Shown here piece after piece: positions 61,949-64,000 of a DNA stretch of 64,000 nt. This DNA comes from Bdellovibrionota bacterium (GTDB lineage Bacteria > Bdellovibrionota_C > UBA2361 > JAAYZI01), in assembly GCA_050950765.1 (NCBI GenBank), contig JBMNIF010000002.1, positions 64,001 through 128,000 of the forward strand, in the 5' to 3' direction. The translations under genes and the position numbers were made by a program. How positions within the stretch are numbered: the stretch's first letter is position 1; each line of letters starts with the position of its first letter. The notes beneath the pieces are model-generated. The model had not been told where the DNA came from. It made no database searches and saw only the letters and a list, made by a program, of their open reading frames with translations.

Positions 61949-63779
61949 ACCTAAATTCCGCAATTTTTATCTTTTCTCCATTCCAGAAATAAGCCACCGT
62001 ATTTTTTATTGATATTTTAGTTAGTTATATATTTTTCTATATTGACATTTCCTGTTTGTATGGTATGATTGCCCTATACATATTAGGGAGGTTTTTTATG
62101 AAAAAAAATAACTAAAAAAGTTGACTTACCAGATAGGCAAATTGCTCGTAAGAAAAACAAAAATGGGACTACTTATATCTATTACAGGATGAACTTTCGT
62201 CGTGAAAACGGAGAGCCTACGTTTGATGAAATAGGTATAGGGAAGCTAGATGAAAGCGGTAAGAAATTAATTCCTAATAGAAATTACTATGATTTGTTTC
62301 CAGATGATTCTAATAGATATGTTATTAGCAATAAATCTTTTGGTCTTACTTATGTTTTAAATAAGATTGTAAAAGATTTAAGGTTAGACAAGACATTGCT
62401 TTCAATTTTTGGAAATGACACATACGAGATTTTAACTTTAGCGTTTTATATTCTAGCAAATGGAAATGTAGTATCACATGCTTCAAGTTGGATAGATGAT
62501 AGTGTCTTACCATATGAAATTTCTGAATTAACAAGTCAAAAAATAAGTCGTCTTTTTGAACGTATTGACTACGAGAAAAGACTTAATTTTTTTAAGAAAT
62601 GGACGAAGCGATATTTAGCTCAAGAATGTTGGTATTATGACGTAACTTCCATATCTTCTTATAGTAAAAAAATAAGCATATTGGAGTTTGGCTATAATAG
62701 GGATATGGATAAATTGCCGCAAATAAATATAGGTATGTGCTACGGCTCTACAACGAAGCTTCCTTTATTCTATCAAGTTTATAATGGCAGCATTACAGAT
62801 AAGACATATTTTAGTTTTCTTTTAAGAGACTTTCCATTTATTAGTCTTAATAATCGTATTAACCTTGTTACGGATCAAGGTTTTGTGACGCAAGATAATT
62901 TAGCGGAAGTAGCAAATGAAGAAGGGCAAAAGTTTGGACTACTTTGTCCTTTGCCACTATATTGGAATGACGCTAAAAGAATATTAGAAAATCACACTGC
63001 ACTTATTAAGCAAGATGCTAATTATATAAAAGGAACCTCTACTTTTGGTTGTTCTGTAATAGATACTGTTATGGGACAACCTGTAAAGATTTATGTTTAT
63101 TACAATATGGGAAAGGCGCCATATGAGATAGTTCAATTTTACGAGAAAATTTCTAGAATGGAAGAAGAGTTAGAAGAACTGAAAAAATTAAAATACTCTT
63201 TGCTGGATCGTAAAAAATATAGGAAATATTTTGATATTAAAATAAATGAAGATGGTTTCACTTATGAAAAAAAATCAGAAGCTATAGATGAATACTTGAG
63301 AAATTGTGGCTTCTTAATTTTGATTGGTATTGGTTGTGATTCAAATCCGAGTGAAGCACTTTTTCGTTATCGTCAAAAAGATGTAATTGAAAAACAATTT
63401 TTCCAGCTAAAAAATGAAATTGATTTTAGAAGACTTAAAACACATAATCTTCAAACCACAGAAGGAAAACTTTTTGTTGGATTTTTAGCTCTTATACTTA
63501 GAAGTTATATTCTTAATTTACTTAAAAATGATACAAGGCAAAAAAAGTTTAATATACCTGATGTCATTAAAGAGCTTCAAAAAATTAAAGTTATAGAAAC
63601 TAAAAATGGCAGTAAATTAATGGTTCCGTTAACAAAAAAACAAAAGGATATTTTGAAAATTTTCAATATTGAAGAAGATGACTTTCTAAAAAGTATTTTT
63701 AAGAAAAAGTAAGATTATACCGCTCGAAAGCTACCTTTAAAAACACGTTTGTATGGTATAATTTCGCGGGAATTCAGGT
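61949..63779 (+). mobile_element. IS1634-family insertion sequence
   Basis: Imperfect terminal IRs ACCTAAATTCCGC / GCGGGAATTCAGGT; TATA duplicated on both sides; very AT-rich; encodes a DDE transposase. Confidence 0.85.
62098..63712 (+). CDS. IS1634-family DDE transposase (extra A in an A8 run just after the ATG)
   Basis: YDVTSISSYS, FGYNRD..LPQIN, DQGF, YRQKDVIEKQF..LKN; GGGAGG RBS before ATG 62098. Confidence 0.85.
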
Positions 63780-64000
63780 TATAATATCAGCTAGCTCGAG
63801 TCGCGCCTTTTCTGACTTCCTAGCCTGGACAGTTTTTTAAAGCTTCGCTTTTAAAAAACTTCCCCACTACACAATAAATAAAAACCGATATCCCAACACT
63901 CTTAGGGTCGACAGACTTCGGAAGTCAGACGCTACTATTTCTTTTCTATAATATCAGCTAGCTCGAGTCGCGCCTTTTCTGACTTCCTAGCCTGGACAGT

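Larger units (their letters stand above)
61757..64000 (+). repeat. 167-bp tandem repeat (units start 61757, 61924, 63926); unit 2 interrupted by an IS; runs off window
   Basis: Near-identical units CAGACGCTACTATTTC...GACTTCGGAAGT. Confidence 0.92.

Overview
Chromosomal segment of an AT-rich diderm bacterium (it has tol-pal and a Wza export system). Core genes include dacB, asnS, tRNA-Pro, rimO, rluD, ribF, tpiA and leuB. The first ~9 kb has several frameshifts, many at homopolymers, which look like long-read errors rather than decay. Four things stand out. (1) A tandem pair of ~900-aa VirD4/TraD/HerA-like P-loop ATPases, each fused to a C-terminal leucine-rich-repeat domain and duplicated with its upstream region. 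(2) A modular non-coding repeat family built on the core (AATT)TGGTGCCACCC, with about 45 copies counted by eye, all in the same orientation. It forms three 0.8-2.1 kb arrays plus one solo unit, in which a few spacer modules are shuffled and re-used; the arrays bracket blocks of anaerobic-metabolism genes. (3) A tightly overlapping operon adhE-rex-hfsA-hydS(hfsB)-hfsC-ferredoxin-[FeFe] hydrogenase, with a Rex box over its predicted start site. (4) An IS1634-family element inserted into a 167-bp structured tandem repeat. Also present are a Wza/Wzc/Wzy-type polysaccharide cluster, a His-rich mini-lipoprotein next to hemN, and an orphan pilin-like/PilP fusion. All calls come from reading motifs only; no searches were run.
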